A DNA stretch of 64,000 bases from an uncultured delta proteobacterium (GTDB lineage: Bacteria > Desulfobacterota > Binatia > UBA9968), in the NCBI GenBank assembly GCA_963745835.1, contig CAVUZH010000003.1:64001-128000 (forward strand), read 5' to 3'. The position numbers and the translations under genes are program-made. How positions within the stretch are numbered: position 1 is the first letter of the stretch; every line of letters begins with the position of its first letter. Positions 29,220 to 39,664 of this stretch are shown here, piece by piece. The notes below the pieces were generated by a model, which was not told where the DNA came from, made no database searches, and saw only the letters and a list, made by a program, of their open reading frames with translations.

Positions 29220-29945
29220 TCAACCTGCCAACGAGGCCATCAATCGCCCGAAGCCTTCAATACCTTCTTTGACTTTCGCCATTTTCAAAGCATGCCAGAT
29301 ATATGCTTGGCAACTGGTTACGACCGGCTTGCCGATTTCGCGTTCAAGCAATTCGACATCGGTAATGGTCGGCCAGCGCGGGCAGGGGACGAATATGCCG
29401 TCTGCATCGCTTGCCTGTTCGTAGAGTTTTTTAGCGATCCGATAAGCCGCATGAATATCCATGTCCGTGAGGTCGGCATTCTTGCGCACCCCGTAACCCT
29501 GGATTTTCAGCACGTTGAAACCTGATGCTTCCAAAAATGCCTTCATCCGCTCGTTGAGCGAATCTTCATGCGGTGTCGCGACAACGAGCTTTTTGAGATT
29601 GAGAGATCTCAGCGCCGCGATCTCGCCGGTTATTCCCGGAGAAGTGGGAACGCCGAACCTGGCAGTTAACTTCTTCTCCATTTCGATGTCGCTGCCGTAG
29701 CCGAGCTTGGTAAACAACGGCGAGCCGCCAATGATGATCGCGTCACATTTATTTTCGACGAGATCCTGGGCCGCCTCCTCGATACGTTGCAACTGTCGCT
29801 CAAAGTCCGCGTCCACCAACTGACGGATTGTTCCCGTGCTGTTCAGTATCATGAAGCCTTGCGGCATCATCTGATAGAATTCATACACCAGAGTATCGCC
29901 ACGGGACGGGGCGACATGCCCGACCTTTGCGCGCCAACCGTACAT
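29220..29945 (-). CDS. Asp/Glu racemase superfamily (maleate isomerase / arylmalonate decarboxylase-like)
   Basis: MYGWRAKVG, VVATP, DADGIFVPC, LEREIGKPVVTS; GGAGGG RBS. Confidence 0.85.
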   Translation of the reverse strand: MYGWRAKVGHVAPSRGDTLVYEFYQMMPQGFMILNSTGTIRQLVDADFERQLQRIEEAAQDLVENKCDAIIIGGSPLFTKLGYGSDIEMEKKLTARFGVPTSPGITGEIAALRSLNLKKLVVATPHEDSLNERMKAFLEASGFNVLKIQGYGVRKNADLTDMDIHAAYRIAKKLYEQASDADGIFVPCPRWPTITDVELLEREIGKPVVTSCQAYIWHALKMAKVKEGIEGFGRLMASLAG

Positions 29946-30127
29946 ATGTTTCCTCCCTCCCAGACCGTTGAAAAAGCACCATCTGCTTCGTTGTGCTCGC
30001 CCGATTCGCTTCAACGTACGAAGCGTAAGCCTCTGCTCATCGATCGTCGCACGCCTCGCAGCTGTTACTTTTTGACCGGTCTGGAAAACTTCGTTTACAG
30101 AATACGATTTCCTCTGACAAGCTTCAC

Positions 30128-30877
30128 TTAGTAGTTGAGCCAGGCGCCGTTCACATGAATCGTCTGACCGGTAATGTAGCGATTCTCGTCGGAAACGAGA
30201 AAAAGGGCAGTGCTGGCGACCTCGTCCGGGGTTGCTGCACGGCCCGTGGGAATTTGCGCCATCGCTTCCGCCCATTGCTCGTCTGAATAGTGGCCGCGCA
30301 CCCGGGGTGTGGACACCCGTCCGGGAGCGATGGCGTTGACGCTAATACCGTCTTTGGCAACCTCGAGAGCGAGGGATTTGGTAAACACCGCAACGCCCGC
30401 TTTGGCTGCCGCATAGCTCGAACGGGTAGCATTTCCGGTGAAACCATAGATGGATGAGATGCTAACGATTTTGCCATGCTTCTGCTTCAACATCGTTGGC
30501 AACACGGCTTGGCAGCAGAGGAACACGGATTTCAGGTTCATATTGACGATATCGTCCCAATCGGTTTCAGTCATCTCCACCACCGGCTTGCGATCGGCGC
30601 CGCCGGCGACGTTGACTAAGATGTCGATCCGCCCCCACCGTTCGAGTGTGGTGTGAACCATTTGCCGCACCGAGCCTTTGTTGGTCACATCCGTGGCGAT
30701 GGCAAATGCGTCACCACCCATAGAATTAATTTCGCTGGCGCGACTTTTCGCGGTCTCGGCAACGATGTCGGCGAGAGCGAGTTTGACGCCTTCTCGTGCA
30801 TAGCGGAGAGCGATGGCGCCGCCAATTCCTCCGCCGCTACCGGTAATGATCGCTACTTTATTTTCCATGACTGCCAT
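30128..30877 (-). CDS. SDR family oxidoreductase (FabG-like)
   Basis: TGSGGGIG, NVAG, YAAAK, NAIAPG, ITGQTIHVNG. Confidence 0.92.
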   Translation of the reverse strand: MAVMENKVAIITGSGGGIGGAIALRYAREGVKLALADIVAETAKSRASEINSMGGDAFAIATDVTNKGSVRQMVHTTLERWGRIDILVNVAGGADRKPVVEMTETDWDDIVNMNLKSVFLCCQAVLPTMLKQKHGKIVSISSIYGFTGNATRSSYAAAKAGVAVFTKSLALEVAKDGISVNAIAPGRVSTPRVRGHYSDEQWAEAMAQIPTGRAATPDEVASTALFLVSDENRYITGQTIHVNGAWLNY

Positions 30878-31046
30878 CGGATATAAAGCCACTCATCGCA
30901 GATGATGAAGTTTTAAAATCAGAAGACCTGACGAATCTAGGCAAATTGTGCGGGTCCGTCAATATCAATCGTTGTCAGCAACGACGCCATTGTGTTACAG
31001 ACGTTCTGTTTATCAGTGCGTACACCCAGAGAGAGAGGAGAAGTGA

Positions 31047-32282
31047 ATGCAACAAGTGCTTGAGCAGGTGGATCGCCAGCGAATTGTCGAAATCGCCTGC
31101 AAACTGGCTGATACGGTCAGTATCACCGGAGAGGAAAAAGAAGTCGCAGAATACTTAGGAAGCGAATTTGGCAGACTCGGGATGCAAGTCGAATATCAAG
31201 AAGTCGAAGAGGGAAGGCCCAATGTCATCGGCACGTTAAAGGGGAGGGGCGGCGGCGCGACTTTGATGTTTTGCGCTCACATGGACCATTTCGACAACCC
31301 CCAGGAAACCGTCGTCGAAGATGATCGGATTTACGGACGCGGCTTGGTCAATATGAAGGCAGCGTTTCCGTGCTATATCGAAGCGGTTGCCGCGCTTCAA
31401 AAATCAGGCGTTCAATTAAAGGGCGATCTGATTATCTCCGGAGTTGTCGGTGAGATCGAGAAAGCCCAGATCCGCAGATTTCAAGGAAGGAATTATCGCG
31501 GCGCCGGAGTCGGCGCGCGTTATATGATGGATCATGGTGTGATGGCTGACATGTGCATCATCGGCGAACCTACCGGACTGCAACTGCAAATCGGCAATGC
31601 CGGGCTGTTATGGGCGTGCGTCAGCGTCGATGCTAGGGCGACAAAATTCGTATTGGCAGCCTGCAAGGTGGCGCAGGCGATTCAGGATTGGGAGAAAGAA
31701 TATCAAAGGAAGAACCCGCATAAGTTTATGCTGCCGACCGTGCAAATCGGCGCCATCGATGGTGGTAACGCGTTTAAGCCTGGAACGCGGCCGACGACCG
31801 ACATTTTCGTCATCGTCAAGATGCTTCCGGGCGCCGTGCCGTTGGCGATTAAGCGTGACATCGAGCAGGTGTGCGAGAGAGTGCGCAAACGAGAAACGGA
31901 TATCCTCGATATTCGAGTCGACCTCTATTTAACCACGCCGGGCTATGAGATTTCCAAGCGCGAGTACGTCGTCAAGGCGATGGAACAGGCGCACAGGATC
32001 GTTTTCAACCAGCCGGTACCGTATGCTAAACCGATCCGTTACGGCATCACCAGCGATGGCTCGCGCATCGCCGCCTACGGCGTGCCGGCGATTACCTATG
32101 GTCCGGGGTTCGGCACCCATCTGGTCGATCCGACTGAAACCAAAGCCGGTCCGGAATGGGACGCGCCCAGCGGAGTTCGCCGCGGCGTCGGTATCGAAAA
32201 CATGATTAATTGCACCAAGGTGTATGCCATGGCCGCGCTCGATATCGTTAATCAAAAGAAGGATGCTGTCGCCAAAGGATGA
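31047..32282 (+). CDS. M20/M25/M40 family metallo-hydrolase
   Basis: RPNVIG, AHMDH, RIYGRG, IIGEP, YGPG motifs. Confidence 0.85.
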   Translation: MQQVLEQVDRQRIVEIACKLADTVSITGEEKEVAEYLGSEFGRLGMQVEYQEVEEGRPNVIGTLKGRGGGATLMFCAHMDHFDNPQETVVEDDRIYGRGLVNMKAAFPCYIEAVAALQKSGVQLKGDLIISGVVGEIEKAQIRRFQGRNYRGAGVGARYMMDHGVMADMCIIGEPTGLQLQIGNAGLLWACVSVDARATKFVLAACKVAQAIQDWEKEYQRKNPHKFMLPTVQIGAIDGGNAFKPGTRPTTDIFVIVKMLPGAVPLAIKRDIEQVCERVRKRETDILDIRVDLYLTTPGYEISKREYVVKAMEQAHRIVFNQPVPYAKPIRYGITSDGSRIAAYGVPAITYGPGFGTHLVDPTETKAGPEWDAPSGVRRGVGIENMINCTKVYAMAALDIVNQKKDAVAKG

Positions 32283-32289
32283 GGACCCG

Positions 32290-33171
32290 ATGCAAATCAC
32301 ATTCGCCCATTATCGTAATCGTTTCTGCATGTATCGAACCTACTATGCGCTAGCTAAGGGGATCGTCAGGCCCGACGGCTTTACAATGAAAGTCATTGAA
32401 CTGCCGGATCCGCCGAGTCATGAACAGGAGGACGCGCTGATTCGCGGCGATGTGCAAGTCGCCAATCTCTACCTGCCTAACTTCTTGCGCCGCAAATTAG
32501 CCGGGGCGCCGATCGTCGGTCTGTGCACGGAATGGAAGTCGACCATGAAAGGAAACGGCATGTTCGTGCGCAAAGACGGCCCGGTGCGCGACCCGCGCGA
32601 TCTGGTGGGACGTGTCATCGGTTCGCATCAGGGGCCGCACGCAATCCACCGATACTTGCTGCGGCACAAATTCGGCATCGATGATGCCGGCTTGCAGTGG
32701 GTCTCCCATCCGCAAGAACAACTGCTGGAGGCATTGAAGCGGGGGGATGCCGACGCGGTGGTGCTGCTCGATCAGTTCTTCTTCCACGGCGAACAAGATC
32801 CGGAAATCCAGTGCCTGTACACGGACGGCGAGATTTGGCATTCGCTATTGGGTTTTTCTGAAATCATCAAGCACATGATTGCCATGCAAGAAACGCTGTC
32901 GCGCGAGCAGCCCGAGTTAAAAGAAAAGTTGCGAGCCGCGTTTCGCGCCTCTCTCGCTTACAGCGAGGAACATCTACAAGAAATTGCCGACGAGTTCGTT
33001 AAAAGTTACCCCGGCGATAAGCAAGCCTTACTTGCCTCGGCGCGTTATCCGAGAATCGAATTCACCTTGACCGAAACCGAGCAGAAGCTAGCTGATGCAG
33101 AGATGGACATGATGGTTGAAGTCGGCTGGATTCCGCACAAAGCGCCTGTGCATTCTCTGTTTGCGATTTAA
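32290..33171 (+). CDS. Periplasmic-binding-protein-fold protein without signal peptide (MqnD / 4,5-dihydroxyphthalate decarboxylase-like)
   Basis: YRTYYALAKGIVRPDG, RDPRDLVGRVIG, EALKRGDADA; no N-terminal hydrophobic stretch. Confidence 0.6.
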   Translation: MQITFAHYRNRFCMYRTYYALAKGIVRPDGFTMKVIELPDPPSHEQEDALIRGDVQVANLYLPNFLRRKLAGAPIVGLCTEWKSTMKGNGMFVRKDGPVRDPRDLVGRVIGSHQGPHAIHRYLLRHKFGIDDAGLQWVSHPQEQLLEALKRGDADAVVLLDQFFFHGEQDPEIQCLYTDGEIWHSLLGFSEIIKHMIAMQETLSREQPELKEKLRAAFRASLAYSEEHLQEIADEFVKSYPGDKQALLASARYPRIEFTLTETEQKLADAEMDMMVEVGWIPHKAPVHSLFAI

Positions 33172-33203
33172 CCGCAGTAAGTTGTTTAGTATGGACGTCG
33201 ATT

Positions 33204-34181
33204 TTGGTTTCGGGAAGAAATAATCGTTATCGCTTCAAACAAGCGATCGGAGCAATCATTTTCGCTTTCCTCATCTCCTCCTGCAATTTGACAGGGATGC
33301 CCATCCGGAACGAAACAGAGTTGCTTCGCGATGCTTCGGCTACGATCCAGGAGATCAAAGCATTCGAAAGAGATCTGGGACTCGAGCCTACTCAGGCCCT
33401 GGCGCAAACTAGCGAGCACAGAACTCCAACTTCGATGTTGTGGTTCTGGCTACAACGCGCGGGTACCCTGGCTTTGCGAGATCCGATCGATGTTCGTTTG
33501 ACTCTGGGGTTTGCCAAGACAAAGGAAGAGGTTCCGCTTGATCAGGTTTACCGAGTCGACGGTTACAGCGTTTATTACCGCCAGGGCAACGAGTTCGCCG
33601 ACCCCCGATCGGTGGCCACGGAAAGCTTTGCGCGCGAGAGTGCCGTGCGCCAGGTGACGGTGGTGATCCACGAGGATTTGCACGGTGACACTAATTTTGA
33701 CCTGCCATGGGAGATCGAAGAATCGCTAATCACCCCCCTTGGTTCGATAGCGGCGGTGGAGTTCTTCAAGCGAAGGTCGGATTCAGCCAATCTTGAGACA
33801 GCCCAGAAACGACTAGACGATGAAAGGCAGCTGTCACGAGAGCTTGGCCAGTTGGTCACGGCGGCGGAAACGATTTTTAACAATGAATCTGTCGAGAGCG
33901 CCAAACAGACGATCGTGGCGATGATTCCTTCGTATCCGGTTTATCACCGCCATTTTCAGCGACAGATTCGAGGCCAGCATCCAGAGACGGCCATCGAAGC
34001 TAAGCTCAGTCACGACTTGGCTTACTATCGTCACTTCGATGCCATCGTAGCCCTTTACGAGACCACCCAGGACTTAAAGGCGCTGCTGCGAAATCTGCGC
34101 AAGGCGCCGAGAGACGCCCACGCAGTGACCGCTTATCTCCAATCTTTGCGACCGAGCGATGCGGTCGCGACCCTTGATTAA
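33204..34181 (+). CDS. Putative lipoprotein zinc aminopeptidase
   Basis: Lipobox FLISSC; HExxH (VIHEDLH) followed by EES; start uncertain. Confidence 0.65.
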   Translation: MVSGRNNRYRFKQAIGAIIFAFLISSCNLTGMPIRNETELLRDASATIQEIKAFERDLGLEPTQALAQTSEHRTPTSMLWFWLQRAGTLALRDPIDVRLTLGFAKTKEEVPLDQVYRVDGYSVYYRQGNEFADPRSVATESFARESAVRQVTVVIHEDLHGDTNFDLPWEIEESLITPLGSIAAVEFFKRRSDSANLETAQKRLDDERQLSRELGQLVTAAETIFNNESVESAKQTIVAMIPSYPVYHRHFQRQIRGQHPETAIEAKLSHDLAYYRHFDAIVALYETTQDLKALLRNLRKAPRDAHAVTAYLQSLRPSDAVATLD

Positions 34182-34512
34182 GGCACTCTGGGCGATCAGA
34201 GCTCCACTGCGGATACCCGAATTTAACGGCTTCGGTGACATTCTCGGAAATGGGTCAGGGCTTAAGGAAGCTGGCGGAAGACGCATTGGCGGAACCGATT
34301 TTTGGACAGCATCTCCCCTAGACGAGTTGCAGCGTATGCTGTTAAAGAGCAAAACAATCGATCAGGCAAATCAGAGTTTGCTCTATAACTCGCATTGCCG
34401 TTCGACACCCTTCCTTCGAAAAATCCGCTTCAATTGTTATCATCTTTATATTTCCTGGGCACCCAATGACGTCCCTTATATCATGGTTCACTTGATCAAG
34501 AGGCCCAATTAC

Positions 34513-35136
34513 ATGAGACAGATGCCGGTTTTAAAGTTCTTTGTGATAACGGCGACGTTGTTTTTTGCCGGCTGCGCTAGCACGCCGATGTTGGTGAGCC
34601 AATGGAGCAATCCCGCTTACGAATCACCGTTTTTCAAAAAAATCGCAGTCAGTTGTATCGACGGGCACATTAGTATCCGGCGCAACTGTGAAGATGAGCT
34701 TGTCGCGCAAATCAGAGCCGCAGGTGTTGATGCGTTGCCAAGCTATCGGAGCTTTCCGGAGGATGCGAAACTGGATGAAACCAAAGTGAAACAAATGGCG
34801 AAAGAAGCCGGCGCGGATAGCGCTCTCATTATTCGGGCACTCAGCGTTGAACAGAAGACAGAAATCACCCCTACTTACTTTCCTTCACCCGGGTTCGGTA
34901 TTTTTGGCGGGCATGTCTCCGCTACATGGTACGGTTGGTACGGCGCGCCGCGGGTTTATCGGTATGAGGAGTATACGTCTGAAGCCACTCTTAACGACCT
35001 GATCAAGAATCAAATCGTTTGGACCGGTACTCTCAAAACAACCGCTCCTGACAATGTCGATTCGGTAATTAAGATTTATGTGAGAAACGTCATCGGGGCG
35101 CTAAAGGATAGAAACTTGCTCGGCAGCAAGCAGTGA
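34513..35136 (+). CDS. Hypothetical lipoprotein (DUF4136-like)
   Basis: Lipobox FFAGC; Tyr/Gly-rich segment and IVWTG near the C-terminus; upstream part of the 34159 ORF judged spurious. Confidence 0.7.
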   Translation: MRQMPVLKFFVITATLFFAGCASTPMLVSQWSNPAYESPFFKKIAVSCIDGHISIRRNCEDELVAQIRAAGVDALPSYRSFPEDAKLDETKVKQMAKEAGADSALIIRALSVEQKTEITPTYFPSPGFGIFGGHVSATWYGWYGAPRVYRYEEYTSEATLNDLIKNQIVWTGTLKTTAPDNVDSVIKIYVRNVIGALKDRNLLGSKQ

Positions 35137-35745
35137 AATTTTCCAACTGACTATCGCGCGCACCAGCCGGTTCGCCAACATTGGGAACCAAAAAGAGCAA
35201 CCGCTCTCCATGGATCGACGGTAGCAAGTTTAAATAACTCCTCCCATTGGTGGTGCTCATTTAGCGCCGAATAGGAATGCGAATCGTATTGGATGAGGCA
35301 TAAATGTCGGCGGCCGTGAGCGTTGAAGAGGAAATACATTTTCCGGATCGATCCCCAACGCTTGGAGATGCACGGCGCCCAGAGTCTCCCACGCGCGTTG
35401 AACGGGGATCCGTTCGACGTTATAAGGGAGCATGACAGCCACCCGTGCGCTGAGGAGCATACAAAACAAAGCTGGATTCTCTCCACTTGCAAGCCCAGCG
35501 GTATCTGTTAACTCCTTCGCTCTGAGGCGAACAGGTCTCGAAAGACTGACCGGCATAGGATCTTGTGCCGGGAACTCATTGGCCGGAGCTGGCTGCAGAT
35601 GAATCCGTTCCAGTGTACGAGCTCTGGACCAACATCCTACAAGTAGGGGTAGAGGTAAAACCTGCACGGCGCATTCGGGAAAAAAGAATACCGGGAATTC
35701 TCATTCGGACAGCAGCGGCGCAAGCAAGCTTGAAAGGAAATATTC

Positions 35746-36699
35746 ATGAAAAATTTGTTGATTGGATACGATGGATCCGAGCATGCTGACGCAGCGATCG
35801 ACGATCTCCAACGCGCCGGGCTGCCGCAGGATGTTGAAGCGATAGTTCTGACCGTCGTAGATGCATTCTTGCCCCCGACCGTTGACCCAAAGGATTGGGG
35901 ATCTTCGCCGTTGGATGAGAAGATCCGGAAACGGGCCGAAGAAATGCGCGCGCGAGCTTTGAAGGTGCGGGAAGAGGCTGCTTCGGTGGCGGCTCAAGGC
36001 GCCGCCCGCGTCAAGCAGCTATTTACATCATGGGCGGTACGCGCCGAAACGGAGGTTAACTCGCCCGGCTGGGGAATCATCTTGAAGGCGGAAGAATGGG
36101 GCGCCGACATGGTCGTCATCGGCGCTGGAAAGCATTCGTTTATAGAGCGAATACAATTGGGCAGTTCACTGCGAAAAGTGGTCGGCGCCTGTGAACGCAC
36201 CGTCAGAGTGGGGCGGTCTTTGCCAAGCCGCCGGGAGACCTCGGTGCGTATTATCATTGGCCTCGACGGATCGCCTGATGCTGAGTTGGCGATGGAGGCG
36301 GTGGCCGAGCGTACGTGGCCAGCGGGAAGCCAAGCCCATTTGATTACCGTAATCGATGACCGGCTTTCAATTCTCACGCCGTCTCTTATCCCGCGTTTGG
36401 CACGTTGGTCGAGTGTGGCAGATTCGGATGATGATCAAGCATGGGTTGACCGAATGATGAAAGCCGCGAGCGACAAGCTACAGGGCGCAGGATTAGAGAT
36501 TTCCCGCGAAGTTGTAAGAGGCGCTCCGAGTCAACGCCTTCTGGACGCCGCCGTAGATTGGCAGGCGGACTGCATCGTGATCGGAGCACGGGGGCTAAGC
36601 GGGATCGAACGTTTTCTTATCGGCAGCGTTTCTTCCGATGTCGCTGTGCGCGCGAACTGCTCGGTGGAAGTCGTGCGCCCCAAGCCATCGCGTCCGTGA
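35746..36699 (+). CDS. Universal stress protein (tandem USP domains)
   Basis: LIGYDGSEHA and IIGLDGSPDA; GARG..IERFLIGSVS..V...ANCSVEVVR. Confidence 0.92.
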   Translation: MKNLLIGYDGSEHADAAIDDLQRAGLPQDVEAIVLTVVDAFLPPTVDPKDWGSSPLDEKIRKRAEEMRARALKVREEAASVAAQGAARVKQLFTSWAVRAETEVNSPGWGIILKAEEWGADMVVIGAGKHSFIERIQLGSSLRKVVGACERTVRVGRSLPSRRETSVRIIIGLDGSPDAELAMEAVAERTWPAGSQAHLITVIDDRLSILTPSLIPRLARWSSVADSDDDQAWVDRMMKAASDKLQGAGLEISREVVRGAPSQRLLDAAVDWQADCIVIGARGLSGIERFLIGSVSSDVAVRANCSVEVVRPKPSRP

Positions 36700-36862
36700 A
36701 CCGTCGTGTGATTGTTGAGACCGTTGATATAGACTCGTAACTCGCGATCTTCGCCAGGTGCGCTGCAATCACGCAAGAGGCAACGTTCCTCGCTCGCCCA
36801 TTGTAATGCTACGCTTGCGCCGATCTCTTGTTAAACGCGATGCGGCAAGATAACATACGATC

Positions 36863-37075
36863 ATGGCCAGAATCACTGTAGAAGACTGTCTGTCGGAAAT
36901 TCCTAGTCGTTTTGAGCTTGTAATACTAGCGGCAAAAAGAGCAAAGCAGCTCCTAAAGGGAGCGAAGCCTCTCTTGGCCTCGGATAATCGAGCTATTGTC
37001 GTAGCTCTCCGCGAGATCGCAGCAGGCAAGGTACGCCGAGCGGCGCCCGAACCTGACGCCTTACCGGCACCCTAG
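36863..37075 (+). CDS. rpoZ: RNA polymerase omega subunit
   Basis: [10 protein letters not shown]...[15 protein letters not shown]...[12 protein letters not shown]. Confidence 0.96.
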   Translation: MARITVEDCLSEIPSRFELVILAAKRAKQLLKGAKPLLASDNRAIVVALREIAAGKVRRAAPEPDALPAP

Positions 37076-37460
37076 CGGACATAAGTTTTGGCGGTTCTCC
37101 CAATCTACACTGCACCCCAGCCCTTTACCGATGCATTCCGGTGGTTGTCATCAGGGATGGCAGCTTCTCCAAGATTTGCGACGAGCATTCGCCGCAATGA
37201 CGGTCCTCGCGCCGACAATACATCCGGACACTAGCGTGAGGTTTGTTTCACGGCTCCTACTGCCGTGCGCGTTTTCTCTGGATGCTTCGTGTTGCGCCTT
37301 AGTGCAAGTCGTATCCAGCACGTAAATCGTCGTTAAGCTCAATTGCATTTCTTCTTCATACACCTTGGCCTCAGTTCGGCTGAGTTTCCGCCGATGATGG
37401 TAGAATCCTTTGCAGGCTTGCTTGCGCTACGGCACCTTTCGGATCCGAGAAGGTGTTTCA

Positions 37461-38465
37461 TTAATACGTATCGAACATTCTCTGAATCTCGTCGGCAGTA
37501 CTCGTTTTCGTAAGCGCTAAAGAGAGCAGCAGGCGCGCTTTCCACGGTTGCAAATTGTCGCCGGCGACGAATCCACGCCTGGCCAAGCCGGGGCTGCGCA
37601 CTACCCGGCCCGAGGCAACCCGGCTGCAAAGGCACATGAGCATTCCTTTCTCTTTGAAAGCTTTGTCGAAAGCCGCGTCTTCCGGCGGGGTTGGCCGGCC
37701 GGCGCCGGTGCCGGCGCTGACGATACCTTTGGCTCCGGCATTGGCGGCGGCTTCAATCATGGTGCCATCGGCGCCGACATACGAGAGCACTACGTCAACG
37801 CGCGGTAGGGTTTGCAGGTTGCGCACGTCGAACTCAGTGTCGACAGTGTGCTTTCTTACCGGTTGGTGGTAATAAACGATCTTGCCATCGCCGTCGGCAA
37901 ATCCCAGCGGCCCCAAATCGCGCGACTGGAAAGCTTCCACCCGGTAAGTGGCGTTCTTCGTCACATCACGGCCATTAAAAATTGTATCGTTCATCACCAG
38001 CATGCAACCGCGCCCGCGCGAAGATGGCTCGGCGGCGACTTTGATGGCATTGACCAAATTCAAATACCCATCGGCGCTGATGGCCGACGCCGGCCGCATC
38101 GAGCCGACGACCACCACGGGCTTATCTGTTTTTAGAGTGAGATTCAGAAAATACGCAGTCTCTTCGATGGTGTTGGTGCCGTGAGTGATAACGATGCCAT
38201 CGGCCTTGTCGTTGTCGAAAATCGCATGAATGGTTCGCACCAGATCAAGCCAATCTTTATCGACTAACGCGTGACTCGGTAAACGGCGAAACGGAATTTC
38301 TTGTACCTGAGCGATATCTTTTAGCTCCGGAAGTTGCTGCAGAAGCTCTCCATCATTGAGTCTTTTGCCCGCCTCGATATACCAGGCAAGATCTAACCTG
38401 TCCTTGCCCAATGAATCGATGGTTCCTCCCGTCAGGATCAAAGCTATGCGCGGTAAATTGGCCAT
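37461..38465 (-). CDS. L-asparaginase/glutaminase family
   Basis: TGGTI, ITHGTNTIEET, GSMRP, SADG..N, GTGAG, KARLLL. Confidence 0.92.
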   Translation of the reverse strand: MANLPRIALILTGGTIDSLGKDRLDLAWYIEAGKRLNDGELLQQLPELKDIAQVQEIPFRRLPSHALVDKDWLDLVRTIHAIFDNDKADGIVITHGTNTIEETAYFLNLTLKTDKPVVVVGSMRPASAISADGYLNLVNAIKVAAEPSSRGRGCMLVMNDTIFNGRDVTKNATYRVEAFQSRDLGPLGFADGDGKIVYYHQPVRKHTVDTEFDVRNLQTLPRVDVVLSYVGADGTMIEAAANAGAKGIVSAGTGAGRPTPPEDAAFDKAFKEKGMLMCLCSRVASGRVVRSPGLARRGFVAGDNLQPWKARLLLSLALTKTSTADEIQRMFDTY

Positions 38466-38543
38466 GAAAAATCCTTCCTGAGTTCTGATTGTTTAAGTTC
38501 CGTTTTTACCCGTCCACAGCTTCAACTTCAAGACACTCCGGCA

Positions 38544-38645
38544 GTTTCGAATCGTCCCACTGGTTCCCATAGTTCCAAAATGTTCTAGTGCGAGTTTCAA
38601 TCCGTTCGCAGGCTTTCCGTCGTTCCAGAAGTTTCCTTGGTTCGA
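38544..38645. repeat. Degenerate tandem array of about 11 units of 9-10 nt with a GTTYC-like core
   Basis: Cores start at 38544, 38554, 38563, 38572, 38582, 38594, 38604, 38613, 38622, 38631, 38640. Confidence 0.55.
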
Positions 38646-38719
38646 GACGCACCAAACTTACTCATGCGAAAAGGCAAGCGATGCGATGGCAAACGTTAGC
38701 TCGGGAACAGGAGGGACGA

Positions 38720-39664
38720 TTAAGTCTTCGCGTAAGCTTTCAACGCGGGCAGCGCCTCTTTTGCGAAGCGCTCGATCTGTTCCTGACGCTCCGGATAATG
38801 CGGCACCATGAACTGCAAGCCAATGTGCGTGACTCCAACCTTTTGGAACATTTGCAATCGGTCGATGACTTGTTCAACGCTGCCCTTTAAGTAATTTTCT
38901 TCCTGCTGCGCATCGTCGGGCGTTAGCTCGATGGGCAAACAGCAGGCCAGGGTTAATTCATCGGGACTGCGCCCCGCCTCTCTGGCGATTGTCCGAACAT
39001 ATTCGAAGCGCGCCGCTAATTCCGCAGGCGTAATTCGCACGAAGTAAGGAAACCAAGCATCGCCGAATCGACCGGCGCGGCGCTGAGCGTATTTGCCTTC
39101 GCCGCCCACCCAGATCGGAACTCGCGGTTTTTGATAGGATTTAGGATTGAAAGCGATATCGTTGACGTTGTAGTACTTGCCCCGGAACGTGATGTGCTCT
39201 TCGGTCCAGAGTTGCTTCAGCAAAGTCAGCTGCTCGTCGGAAACTGCGCCTCGCTCTTTGAACGGCGCGTTCATGGCGGCAAACTCTTCTTCCATCCAGC
39301 CCACGCCTACCCCCATTATCAGTCTTCCGGTTGAGAGTTGATCGATGGTCGTTGCGATTTTTGCCCAATGAAGCGGATGGCGGTAGGGCAGGACCATCAC
39401 GCTCATCCCTAACTGAATTGTTTCCGTGCATCCAGCCAGAAAAGCTAGACAAGTTAGTGTATCGAAAAACGGCCGATCGGGCGGTACGATGAACGTCGAC
39501 TCCTTGCTATAAGGATAAGCAGTGTCAATCTTCCACGGAATGACGAGACGGTCCGCGGCCCATACTGAATCATAACCCAGGGATTCTGCCCGCTGCGCGG
39601 CCTGCATCAAGGTCTTCCGACTTGCAGCGCGACCCGACACCGGTAAGAACACTCCGTATTTCAT
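38720..39664 (-). CDS. LLM-class (probable F420-dependent) oxidoreductase
   Basis: AESLGYDSVW, VLPYRHP, IDQLSTGRL..GVGVGW..EEF, PIWVGG. Confidence 0.9.
   Translation of the reverse strand: MKYGVFLPVSGRAASRKTLMQAAQRAESLGYDSVWAADRLVIPWKIDTAYPYSKESTFIVPPDRPFFDTLTCLAFLAGCTETIQLGMSVMVLPYRHPLHWAKIATTIDQLSTGRLIMGVGVGWMEEEFAAMNAPFKERGAVSDEQLTLLKQLWTEEHITFRGKYYNVNDIAFNPKSYQKPRVPIWVGGEGKYAQRRAGRFGDAWFPYFVRITPAELAARFEYVRTIAREAGRSPDELTLACCLPIELTPDDAQQEENYLKGSVEQVIDRLQMFQKVGVTHIGLQFMVPHYPERQEQIERFAKEALPALKAYAKT

Noticed and set aside
35137-35745. Several 60-136 aa ORFs on both strands upstream of the USP gene
   Set aside because: No recognisable motif, RBS or consistent frame; cannot be supported as genes.
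37076-37460. Region after rpoZ checked for a tRNA or other stable RNA
   Set aside because: No cloverleaf, T-loop GTTCRA or CCA arrangement; only a small CTCAG-TTCGG-CTGAG hairpin.
38544-38645. Periodic array considered as a CRISPR array
   Set aside because: Units are 9-10 nt with a 5-nt core, with no 25-45 nt repeats or spacers and no cas genes.
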